A DNA stretch of 64,000 nt, taken from NCBI GenBank assembly GCA_964016885.1, contig OZ024746.1:100688001-100752000 (forward strand). Direction: 5' to 3'. The DNA comes from Eledone cirrhosa. Taxonomy: Eukaryota. Positions 52,101 to 64,000 of this stretch are shown piece by piece; the first letter of the stretch is position 1, and every line of letters begins with the position of its first letter. The position numbers were made by a program, and so were the translations under genes. The notes under the pieces are model-generated. The model saw only the letters and a list, made by a program, of their open reading frames with translations. It did no database searches and had not been told where the DNA came from.

Positions 52101-55100
52101 TAATTGTTGAGAGATACAGAGACTTGGTGGAACAAGAGAGACTGTATGTTTATAGATAATTGTTGACAGATACAGAGACTTGGTGGAACAAGAGAGACTG
52201 TATGTTTATAGATAATTGTTGACAGATACAGAGACTTGGTGGAACACGAGAGACTGTATGTTTATAGATAATTGTTGACAGATACAGAGACTTGGTGGAA
52301 CAAGAGAGACTATGTTTATAGATAATTGTTGACAGATACAGAGACTTGGTGGAACAAGAGAGACTGTATGTTTATAGATAATTGTTGACAGATACAGAGA
52401 CTTGGTGGAACAAGAGAGACTATGTTTATAGATAATTGTTGACAGATACAGAGACTTGGTGGAACAAGAGAGACTGTATGTTTATAGATAATTGTTGACA
52501 GATACAGAGACTTGGTGGAACAAGAGAGACTATGTTTATAGATAATTGTTGACAGATACAGTGACTTGGTGGAACAGGAGAGACTGTATGTTTATAGATA
52601 ATTGTTGACAGATACAGAGACTTGGTGGAACAGGAGAGACTGTATGTTTATAGATAATTGTTGACAGATACAGAGACTTGGTGGAACAAGAGAGACTGTA
52701 TGTTTATAGATAATTGTTGACAGATACAGAGACTTGGTGGAACAAGAGAGACTGTATGTTTATAGATAATTGTTGACAGATACAGAGACTTGGTGGAACA
52801 AGAGAGACTATGTTTATAGATAATTGTTGACAGATACAGAGACTTGGTGGAACAAGAGAGACTGTATGTTTATAGATAATTGTTGACAGATACAGAGACT
52901 TGGTGGAACAAGAGAGAATGTATGTTTATAGATAATTGTTGACAGATACAGAGACTTGGTGGAACAAGAGAGACTATGTTTATAGATAATTGTTGACAGA
53001 TACAGAGACTTGGTGGAACAAGAGAGACTGTATGTTTATAGATAATTGTTGACAGATACAGAGACTTGGTGGAACAAGAGAGACTGTATGTTTATAGATA
53101 ATTGTTGACAGATACAGAGACTTGGTGGAACAAGAGAGACTGTATGTTTATAGATAATTGTTGACAGATACAGAGACTTGGTGGAACAAGAGAGACTATG
53201 TTTATAGATAATTGTTGACAGATACAGAGACTTGGTGGAACAAGAGAGACTGTATGATTATAGATAATTGTGGACAGATACAGAGACTTGGTGGAACAAG
53301 AGAGACTGTATGTTTATAGATAATTGTTGACAGATACAGAGACTTGGTGGAACAAGAGAGACTGTATGTTTATAGATAATTGTAGACAGATACAGAGACT
53401 TGGTGGAACAATAGAGACTGTATGTTTATAGATAATTGTGGACAGATACAGCGACTTGGTGGAACAAGAGAGACTATGTTTATAGATAATTTTTGACAGA
53501 TACAGAGACTTGGTGGAACAAGAGAGACTGTATGTTTATAGATAATTGTTGACAGATACAGAGACTTGGTGAAACAAGAGAGACTGTATGTTTATAGATA
53601 ATTGTGGACAGATACAGAGACTTGGTCGAACAAGAGAGACTGTATGTTTATAGATAATTGTGGACAGATACAGAGACTTGGTGGAACAAGAGAGACTATG
53701 TTTATAGATAATTGTTGACAGATACAGAGACTTGGTGGAACAAGAGAGACTGTATGTTTATATATAATTGTTGACAGATACAGAGACTTGGTGGAACAAG
53801 AGAGACTGTATGTTTATAGATAATTGTTGACAGATACAGAGACTTGGTGGAACAGGAGAGACTGTATGTTTATAGATAATTGTTGACAGATGCAGAGACT
53901 TGGTGGAACAAGAGAGACTGTATGTTTATAGATAATTGTTGACAGATACAGAGACTTGGTGGAACAAGAGAGACTATGTTTATAGATAATTGTGGACAGA
54001 TACAGAGACTTGGTGGAACAGGAGAGACTGTATGTTTATAGATAATTGTTGACAGATACAGAGACTTGGTGGAACAAGAGAGACTGTATGTTTATAGATA
54101 ATTGTTGACAGATACAGAGACTTGGTGGAACAAGAGAGACTGTATGTTTATAGATAATTGTTGACAGATACAGAGACTTGGTGGAACAAGAGAGACTGTA
54201 TGTTTATAGATAATTGTTGACAGATACAGAGACTTGGTGGAACAAGAGAGACTATGTTTATAGATAATTGTTGACAGATACAGAGACTTGGTGGAACAAG
54301 AGAGACTATGTTTATAGATAATTGTTGACAGATACAGAGACTTGGTGGAACAGGAGAGACTGTATGTTTATAGATAATTGTTGACAGATACAGAGACTTG
54401 GTGAAACAAGAGAGACTGTATGTTTATAGATAATTGTGGACAGATACAGAGACTTGGTGGAACAAGAGAGACTGTATGTTTATAGATAATTGTGGACAGA
54501 TACAGAGACTTGGTGGAACAAGAGAGACTGTATGTTTATAGATAATTGTTGACAGATACAGAGACTTGGTGGAACAAGAGAGACTATGTTTATAGATAAT
54601 TGTTGACAGATACAGAGACTTGGTGGAACAAGAGAGACTGTATGTTTATAGATAATTGTTGACAGATACAGAGACTTGGTGGAACAAGAGAGACTATGTT
54701 TATAGATAATTGTTGACAGATACAGTGACTTGGTGGAACAGGAGAGACTGTATGTTTATAGATAATTGTTGACAGATACAGAGACTTGGTGGAACAGGAG
54801 AGACTGTATGTTTATAGATAATTGTTGACAGATACAGAGACTTGGTGGAACAAGAGAGACTGTATGTTTATAGATAATTGTTGACAGATACAGAGACTTG
54901 GTGGAACAAGAGAGACTGTATGTTTATAGATAATTGTTGACAGATACAGAGACTTGGTGGAACAAGAGAGACTATGTTTATAGATAATTGTTGACAGATA
55001 CAGAGACTTGGTGGAACAAGAGAGACTGTATGTTTATAGATAATTGTTGACAGATACAGAGACTTGGTGGAACAAGAGAGAATGTATGTTTATAGATAAT

Positions 55101-58100
55101 TGTTGACAGATACAGAGACTTGGTGGAACAAGAGAGACTATGTTTATAGATAATTGTTGACAGATACAGAGACTTGGTGGAACAAGAGAGACTGTATGTT
55201 TATAGATAATTGTTGACAGATACAGAGACTTGGTGGAACAAGAGAGACTGTATGTTTATAGATTATTGTTGACAGATACAGAGACTTGGTGGAACAAGAG
55301 AGACTGTATGTTTATAGATAATTGTTGACAGATACAGAGACTTGGTGGAACAAGAGAGACTATGTTTATAGATAATTGTTGACAGATACAGAGACTTGGT
55401 GGAACAAGAGAGACTGTATGATTATAGATAATTGTGGACAGATACAGAGACTTGGTGGAACAAGAGAGACTGTATGTTTATAGATAATTGTTGACAGATA
55501 CAGAGACTTGGTGGAACAAGAGAGACTGTATGTTTATAGATAATTGTAGACAGATACAGAGACTTGGTGGAACAATAGAGACTGTATGTTTATAGATAAT
55601 TGTGGACAGATACAGCGACTTGGTGGAACAAGAGAGACTATGTTTATAGATAATTTTTGACAGATACAGAGACTTGGTGGAACAAGAGAGACTGTATGTT
55701 TATAGATAATTGTTGACAGATACAGAGACTTGGTGAAACAAGAGAGACTGTATGTTTATAGATAATTGTGGACAGATACAGAGACTTGGTCGAACAAGAG
55801 AGACTGTATGTTTATAGATAATTGTGGACAGATACAGAGACTTGGTGGAACAAGAGAGACTATGTTTATAGATAATTGTTGACAGATACAGAGACTTGGT
55901 GGAACAAGAGAGAATGTATGTTTATAGATAATTGTTGACAGATACAGAGACTTGGTGGAACAAGAGAGACTATGTTTATAGATAATTGTTGACAGATACA
56001 GTGACTTGGTGGAACAGGAGAGACTGTATGTTTATAGATAATTGTTGACAGATACAGAGACTTGGTGGAACAGGAGAGACTGTATGTTTATAGATAATTG
56101 TTGACAGATACAGAGACTTGGTGGAACAAGAGAGACTGTATGTTTATAGATAATTGTTGACAGATACAGAGACTTGGTGGAACAAGAGAGACTGTATGTT
56201 TATAGATAATTGTTGACAGATACAGAGACTTGGTGGAACAAGAGAGACTATGTTTATAGATAATTGTTGACAGATACAGAGACTTGGTGGAACAAGAGAG
56301 ACTGTATGTTTATAGATAATTGTTGACAGATACAGAGACTTGGTGGAACAAGAGAGAATGTATGTTTATAGATAATTGTTGACAGATACAGAGACTTGGT
56401 GGAACAAGAGAGACTATGTTTATAGATAATTGTTGACAGATACAGAGACTTGGTGGAACAAGAGAGACTGTATGTTTATAGATAATTGTTGACAGATACA
56501 GAGACTTGGTGGAACAAGAGAGACTGTATGTTTATAGATAATTGTTGACAGATACAGAGACTTGGTGGAACAAGAGAGACTGTATGTTTATAGATAATTG
56601 TTGACAGATACAGAGACTTGGTGGAACAAGAGAGACTATGTTTATAGATAATTGTTGACAGATACAGAGACTTGGTGGAACAAGAGAGACTGTATGATTA
56701 TAGATAATTGTGGACAGATACAGAGACTTGGTGGAACAAGAGAGACTGTATGTTTATAGATAATTGTTGACAGATACAGAGACTTGGTGGAACAAGAGAG
56801 ACTGTATGTTTATAGATAATTGTAGACAGATACAGAGACTTGGTGGAACAATAGAGACTGTATGTTTATAGATAATTGTGGACAGATACAGCGACTTGGT
56901 GGAACAAGAGAGACTATGTTTATAGATAATTTTTGACAGATACAGAGACTTGGTGGAACAAGAGAGACTGTATGTTTATAGATAATTGTTGACAGATACA
57001 GAGACTTGGTGAAACAAGAGAGACTGTATGTTTATAGATAATTGTGGACAGATACAGAGACTTGGTCGAACAAGAGAGACTGTATGTTTATAGATAATTG
57101 TGGACAGATACAGAGACTTGGTGGAACAAGAGAGACTATGTTTATAGATAATTGTTGACAGATACAGAGACTTGGTGGAACAAGAGAGACTGTATGTTTA
57201 TATATAATTGTTGACAGATACAGAGACTTGGTGGAACAAGAGAGACTGTATGTTTATAGATAATTGTTGACAGATACAGAGACTTGGTGGAACAGGAGAG
57301 ACTGTATGTTTATAGATAATTGTTGACAGATGCAGAGACTTGGTGGAACAAGAGAGACTGTATGTTTATAGATAATTGTTGACAGATACAGAGACTTGGT
57401 GGAACAAGAGAGACTATGTTTATAGATAATTGTGGACAGATACAGAGACTTGGTGGAACAGGAGAGACTGTATGTTTATAGATAATTGTTGACAGATACA
57501 GAGACTTGGTGGAACAAGAGAGACTGTATGTTTATAGATAATTGTTGACAGATACAGAGACTTGGTGGAACAAGAGAGACTGTATGTTTATAGATAATTG
57601 TTGACAGATACAGAGACTTGGTGGAACAAGAGAGACTGTATGTTTATAGATAATTGTTGACAGATACAGAGACTTGGTGGAACAAGAGAGACTATGTTTA
57701 TAGATAATTGTTGACAGATACAGAGACTTGGTGGAACAAGAGAGACTATGTTTATAGATAATTGTTGACAGATACAGAGACTTGGTGGAACAGGAGAGAC
57801 TGTATGTTTATAGATAATTGTTGACAGATACAGAGACTTGGTGAAACAAGAGAGACTGTATGTTTATAGATAATTGTGGACAGATACAGAGACTTGGTGG
57901 AACAAGAGAGACTGTATGTTTATAGATAATTGTGGACAGATACAGAGACTTGGTGGAACAAGAGAGACTGTATGTTTATAGATAATTGTTGACAGATACA
58001 GAGACTTGGTGGAACAAGAGAGACTATGTTTATAGATAATTGTTGACAGATACAGAGACTTGGTGGAACAAGAGAGACTGTATGTTTATAGATAATTGTT

Positions 58101-61100
58101 GACAGATACAGAGACTTGGTGGAACAAGAGAGACTATGTTTATAGATAATTGTTGACAGATACAGTGACTTGGTGGAACAGGAGAGACTGTATGTTTATA
58201 GATAATTGTTGACAGATACAGAGACTTGGTGGAACAGGAGAGACTGTATGTTTATAGATAATTGTTGACAGATACAGAGACTTGGTGGAACAAGAGAGAC
58301 TGTATGTTTATAGATAATTGTTGACAGATACAGAGACTTGGTGGAACAAGAGAGACTGTATGTTTATAGATAATTGTTGACAGATACAGAGACTTGGTGG
58401 AACAAGAGAGACTATGTTTATAGATAATTGTTGACAGATACAGAGACTTGGTGGAACAAGAGAGACTGTATGTTTATAGATAATTGTTGACAGATACAGA
58501 GACTTGGTGGAACAAGAGAGAATGTATGTTTATAGATAATTGTTGACAGATACAGAGACTTGGTGGAACAAGAGAGACTATGTTTATAGATAATTGTTGA
58601 CAGATACAGAGACTTGGTGGAACAAGAGAGACTGTATGTTTATAGATAATTGTTGACAGATACAGAGACTTGGTGGAACAAGAGAGACTGTATGTTTATA
58701 GATTATTGTTGACAGATACAGAGACTTGGTGGAACAAGAGAGACTGTATGTTTATAGATAATTGTTGACAGATACAGAGACTTGGTGGAACAAGAGAGAC
58801 TATGTTTATAGATAATTGTTGACAGATACAGAGACTTGGTGGAACAAGAGAGACTGTATGATTATAGATAATTGTGGACAGATACAGAGACTTGGTGGAA
58901 CAAGAGAGACTGTATGTTTATAGATAATTGTTGACAGATACAGAGACTTGGTGGAACAAGAGAGACTGTATGTTTATAGATAATTGTAGACAGATACAGA
59001 GACTTGGTGGAACAATAGAGACTGTATGTTTATAGATAATTGTGGACAGATACAGCGACTTGGTGGAACAAGAGAGACTATGTTTATAGATAATTTTTGA
59101 CAGATACAGAGACTTGGTGGAACAAGAGAGACTGTATGTTTATAGATAATTGTTGACAGATACAGAGACTTGGTGAAACAAGAGAGACTGTATGTTTATA
59201 GATAATTGTGGACAGATACAGAGACTTGGTCGAACAAGAGAGACTGTATGTTTATAGATAATTGTGGACAGATACAGAGACTTGGTGGAACAAGAGAGAC
59301 TATGTTTATAGATAATTGTTGACAGATACAGAGACTTGGTGGAACAAGAGAGACTGTATGTTTATATATAATTGTTGACAGATACAGAGACTTGGTGGAA
59401 CAAGAGAGACTGTATGTTTATAGATAATTGTTGACAGATACAGAGACTTGGTGGAACAGGAGAGACTGTATGTTTATAGATAATTGTTGACAGATGCAGA
59501 GACTTGGTGGAACAAGAGAGACTGTATGTTTATAGATAATTGTTGACAGATACAGAGACTTGGTGGAACAAGAGAGACTATGTTTATAGATAATTGTGGA
59601 CAGATACAGAGACTTGGTGGAACAGGAGAGACTGTATGTTTATAGATAATTGTTGACAGATACAGAGACTTGGTGGAACAAGAGAGACTGTATGTTTATA
59701 GATAATTGTTGACAGATACAGAGACTTGGTGGAACAAGAGAGACTGTATGTTTATAGATAATTGTTGACAGATACAGAGACTTGGTGGAACAAGAGAGAC
59801 TGTATGTTTATAGATAATTGTTGACAGATACAGAGACTTGGTGGAACAAGAGAGACTGTTTATAGATAATTGTTGACAGATACAGAGACTTGGTGGAACA
59901 AGAGAGACTATGTTTATAGATAATTGTTGACAGATACAGAGACTTGGTGGAACAGGAGAGACTGTATGTTTATAGATAATTGTTGACAGATACAGAGACT
60001 TGGTGAAACAAGAGAGACTGTATGTTTATAGATAATTGTGGACAGATACAGAGACTTGGTGGAACAAGAGAGACTGTATGTTTATAGATAATTGTGGACA
60101 GATACAGAGACTTGGTGGAACAAGAGAGACTGTATGTTTATAGATAATTGTTGACAGATACAGAGACTTGGTGGAACAAGAGAGACTGTATGTTTATAGA
60201 TAATTGTTGACAGATACAGAGACTTGGTGGAACAAGAGAGACTATGTTTATAGATAATTGTTGACAGATACAGTGACTTGGTGGAACAGGAGAGACTGTA
60301 TGTTTATAGATAATTGTTGACAGATACAGAGACTTGGTGGAACAGGAGAGACTGTATGTTTATAGATAATTGTTGACAGATACAGAGACTTGGTGGAACA
60401 AGAGAGACTGTATGTTTATAGATAATTGTTGACAGATACAGAGACTTGGTGGAACAAGAGAGACTGTATGTTTATAGATAATTGTTGACAGATACAGAGA
60501 CTTGGTGGAACAAGAGAGACTATGTTTATAGATAATTGTTGACAGATACAGAGACTTGGTGGAACAAGAGAGACTGTATGTTTATAGATAATTGTTGACA
60601 GATACAGAGACTTGGTGGAACAAGAGAGAATGTATGTTTATAGATAATTGTTGACAGATACAGAGACTTGGTGGAACAAGAGAGACTATGTTTATAGATA
60701 ATTGTTGACAGATACAGAGACTTGGTGGAACAAGAGAGACTGTATGTTTATAGATAATTGTTGACAGATACAGAGACTTGGTGGAACAAGAGAGACTGTA
60801 TGTTTATAGATAATTGTTGACAGATACAGAGACTTGGTGGAACAAGAGAGACTGTATGTTTATAGATAATTGTTGACAGATACAGAGACTTGGTGGAACA
60901 AGAGAGACTATGTTTATAGATAATTGTTGACAGATACAAGGACTTGGTGGAACAAGAGAGACTGTATGTTTATAGATAATTGTTGACAGATACAGAGACT
61001 TGGTGGAACAAGAGAGACTGTATGTTTATAGATAATTGTTGACAGATACAGAGACTTGGTGGAACAAGAGAGACTGTATGTTTATAGATAATTGTTGACA

Positions 61101-62752
61101 GATACAGAGACTTGGTGGAACAAGAGAGACTATGTTTATAGATAATTGTTGACAGATACAGAGACTTGGTGGAACAAGAGAGACTGTATGATTATAGATA
61201 ATTGTGGACAGATACAGAGACTTGGTGGAACAAGAGAGACTGTATGTTTATAGATAATTGTGGACAGATACAGAGACTTGGTGGAACAGGAGAGACTGTA
61301 TGTTTATAGATAATTGTTGACAGATACAGACACTTGGTGGAACAAGAGAGACTGTATGTTTATAGATAATTGTTGACAGATACAGAGACTTGGTGGAACA
61401 AGAGAGACTGTATGTTTATAGATAATTGTGGACAGATACAGCGACTTGGTGGAACAAGAGAGACTATGTTTATAGATAATTTTTGACAGATACAGAGACT
61501 TGGTGGAACAAGAGAGACTGTATGTTTATAGATAATTGTTGACAGATACAGAGACTTGGTGAAACAAGAGAGACTGTATGTTTATAGATAATTGTGGACA
61601 GATACAGAGACTTGGTCGAACAAGAGAGACTGTATGTTTATAGATAATTGTGGACAGATACAGAGACTTGGTGGAACAAGAGAGACTATGTTTATAGATA
61701 ATTGTTGACAGATACAGAGACTTGGTGGAACAAGAGAGACTGTATGTTTATATATAATTGTTGACAGATACAGAGACTTGGTGGAACAAGAGAGACTGTA
61801 TGTTTATAGATAATTGTTGACAGATACAGTGACTTGGTGGAACAGGAGAGACTGTATGTTTATAGATAATTGTTGACAGATACAGAGACTTGGTGGAACA
61901 GGAGAGACTGTATGTTTATAGATAATTGTTGACAGATGCAGAGACTTGGTGGAACAAGAGAGACTGTATGTTTATAGATAATTGTTGACAGATACAGAGA
62001 CTTGGTGGAACAAGAGAGACTATGTTTATAGATAATTGTGGACAGATACAGAGACTTGGTGGAACAGGAGAGACTGTATGTTTATAGATAATTGTTGACA
62101 GATACAGAGACTTGGTGGAACAAGAGAGACTGTATGTTTATAGATAATTGTTGACAGATACAGAGACTTGGTGGAACAAGAGAGACTGTATGTTTATAGA
62201 TAATTGTTGACAGATACAGAGACTTGGTGGAACAAGAGAGACTGTATGTTTATAGATAATTGTTGACAGATACAGAGACTTGGTGGAACAAGAGAGACTA
62301 TGTTTATAGATAATTGTTGACAGATACAGAGACTTGGTGGAACAAGAGAGACTGTATGTTTATAGATAATTGTTGACAGATACAGAGACTTGGTGGAACA
62401 AGAGAGACTGTATGTTTATAGATAATTGTTGACAGATACAGTGACTTGGTGGAACAGGAGAGACTGTATGTTTATAGATAATTGTTGACAGATACAGAGA
62501 CTTGGTGGAACAGGAGAGACTGTATGTTTATAGATAATTGTTGACAGATGCAGAGACTTGGTGGAACAAGAGAGACTGTATGTTTATAGATAATTGTTGA
62601 CAGATACAGAGACTTGTTGGAACAAGAGAGACTGTATGTTTATAGATAATTGTTGACAGATACAGAGACTTGTTGGAACAAGAGAGACTGTATGTTTATA
62701 GATAATTGTTGACAGATACAGAGACTTGTTGGAACAAGAGAGACTGTATGTT
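49113..62752. repeat. 13.6-kb intronic satellite of 56-bp and 54-bp monomers (about 245 copies)
   Basis: TATAGATAATTGTTGACAGATACAGAGACTTGGTGGAACAAGAGAGACT(GT)ATGTT. The first unit is diverged; the last three carry the variant CTTGTTGG. Confidence 0.99.
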
Positions 62753-62795
62753 CACATGTTAATTTCGCAACTGATTCATATATATTCTTTTTTAG

Positions 62796-62946
62796 ATTAT
62801 TTCTAATAATTATTCCATGGGAGTTATTCTGAGCATACCACATTATTTAAGAAATTCGTCATCTGGCTTGTTAACTGGAGAGTCAACAGATCGGCAAAGT
62901 ATTGATCCATCTTCTAAAAGTGAAGTGTATAATCTGTGGAAAGAAT
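62796..62946 (+). CDS. Exon K: VWD C-terminal part; the gene continues beyond the window
   Basis: tctttttttAG|..|GTatgt; 151 nt, phase 0-1. IISNNYSMGVILSIPHYLRNSSSGLLTGE..EVYNLWKE matches the VWD LP..Y.N.T.GLLG motif. Confidence 0.85.
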
Positions 62947-62994
62947 GTATGTATTTTGATATTTTCTCTATCGTTTTTATATTTCTACATACTT

Positions 62995-63440
62995 CATCAT
63001 CATCTCCATCATTTTCCATCTATTCTTTTCATACTGGGGCAGGTTGGATGAGTCTTATAGACCAAATCAGTATATTATTGGTCATACTGGGGTAGCTTGG
63101 ATGAGTCTTATAGACCAAATCAGTATATTGGTCATACTGGGGTAGGTGATCCCATCTTGTCCCAATACATTCCACTTTTGATATAATTTATATGACTGGA
63201 TGCCTTCCTAACACCAACCAAATTTACAGAATGTATTGGGTGCATTTTATGGTCCCAGTACTAGGGAGGTCTTTGACATCACTAAAGGATCCTTCATTTT
63301 TTAATGTTATTTTTTTTTTCTTTTTGGAGGTCGGGATGGGGGCTGGATGCCTTTCTTAATACCAATCAATTTGTAGAGTGCACCAAGTGTCTTTTATAAT
63401 AGCACCAGCCTGAGAGATACCCTTGACAGGACTAAGTCCT
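62995..63440 (-). mobile_element. Old RTE-derived short element with an internal ~53-bp duplication
   Basis: CATCATCATC tail, GGATGCCTTCCTAACACCAACC motifs, and CATACTGGGG..GATGAGTCTTATAGACCAAATCAGTATATT twice. Confidence 0.65.
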
Positions 63441-63837
63441 CTCTGTACTACATTGTTATCATTCAAAGGCCAACCATACTACTGAGTGCAGCAAGTTTAT
63501 TTTACTATCAATGTTGCCTTATTGCAAGGCACATGTGATCAAGAATAGAAATAGAGGGAGCATGGTGGTAATAGGGAACATAAATATCTGACAAGTGTGA
63601 TAGGGTGGTATGGGAGTAATAGAGAGAGAGAGAGAGTAAAAATCACATGATTAGTTGTTGGTAAGAGATTGAATAGACAGCAGTAATAAAAAGATAGAGA
63701 CGGTAAAGTGAAGAATGGATATTAAGATAGGTGGCAATGGGTGGTAGATGTTAGCCAAGAACTCTATGTGGGAGAGAGAATGATGGTTGATGGTTGGAGA
63801 CTTGACAGGAGAGAGAGCTAGGTTAATATGGGAGCAC

Positions 63838-64000
63838 ACTACTCTATATTTACTATTGTATTTTCACAGTAAAGGCTTTACTTCACATAATATTAAATTT
63901 ATAAGACTTTGATGTCATTTATTTTGAGAACAATACCTTAACATAAGTATGAGGGGCTGGTTATGGCCAGTGAGAGAATTCTGGCCAGATACAGCCGGTT
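63838..64000 (-). mobile_element. Third copy of the TTAA MITE, inverted, running off the window
   Basis: Reverse complement of 23735-23915 (GAGAGAATTCTGGC, GAGAACAATACCTTAA, GTAAAGGCTTTA). Confidence 0.8.

Noticed and set aside
60748-62843. Short ORFs inside the 54/56-bp satellite
   Set aside because: Chance open frames created by alternating monomer lengths.

Overview
Eukaryotic, AT-rich, repeat-dense intronic DNA. The SINEs and the (GAT)n-tailed RTE LINEs resemble those of octopod cephalopods; this is an inference from recall, not a database hit. The + strand carries 11 internal coding exons (13181-62946; 1710 nt, about 570 codons). All have GT-AG boundaries and mutually consistent phases. 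They encode a MUC4/SUSD2-like extracellular protein, cbEGF-cbEGF-NIDO-AMOP-VWD, whose start and end I could not place in the window. The canonical VWD GDPH autocleavage site reads LDPL. The introns hold a compact Gypsy LTR element with both LTRs, several RTE LINEs whose RT has an inserted PHD finger, a Rex3/Expander-like RTE, a CRE-like RLE element, Penelope-like fragments, mariner relics, TTAA/piggyBac-type MITEs and tRNA-type SINEs. About 28 kb is tandem repeat. Two large satellites (46/52 bp and 54/56 bp units) show kb-scale higher-order duplications. Several smaller arrays (48, 50, 53, 66 and 72 bp units) can be traced to single-copy seeds inside transposons, mostly by comparison with other copies in this window. 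One 48-bp array forms a Cys/Thr-rich ORF that lies in frame with the host gene between plausible splice sites. No prokaryotic features, CRISPR array, rRNA or tRNA genes were seen. All calls were made by eye, without alignments.
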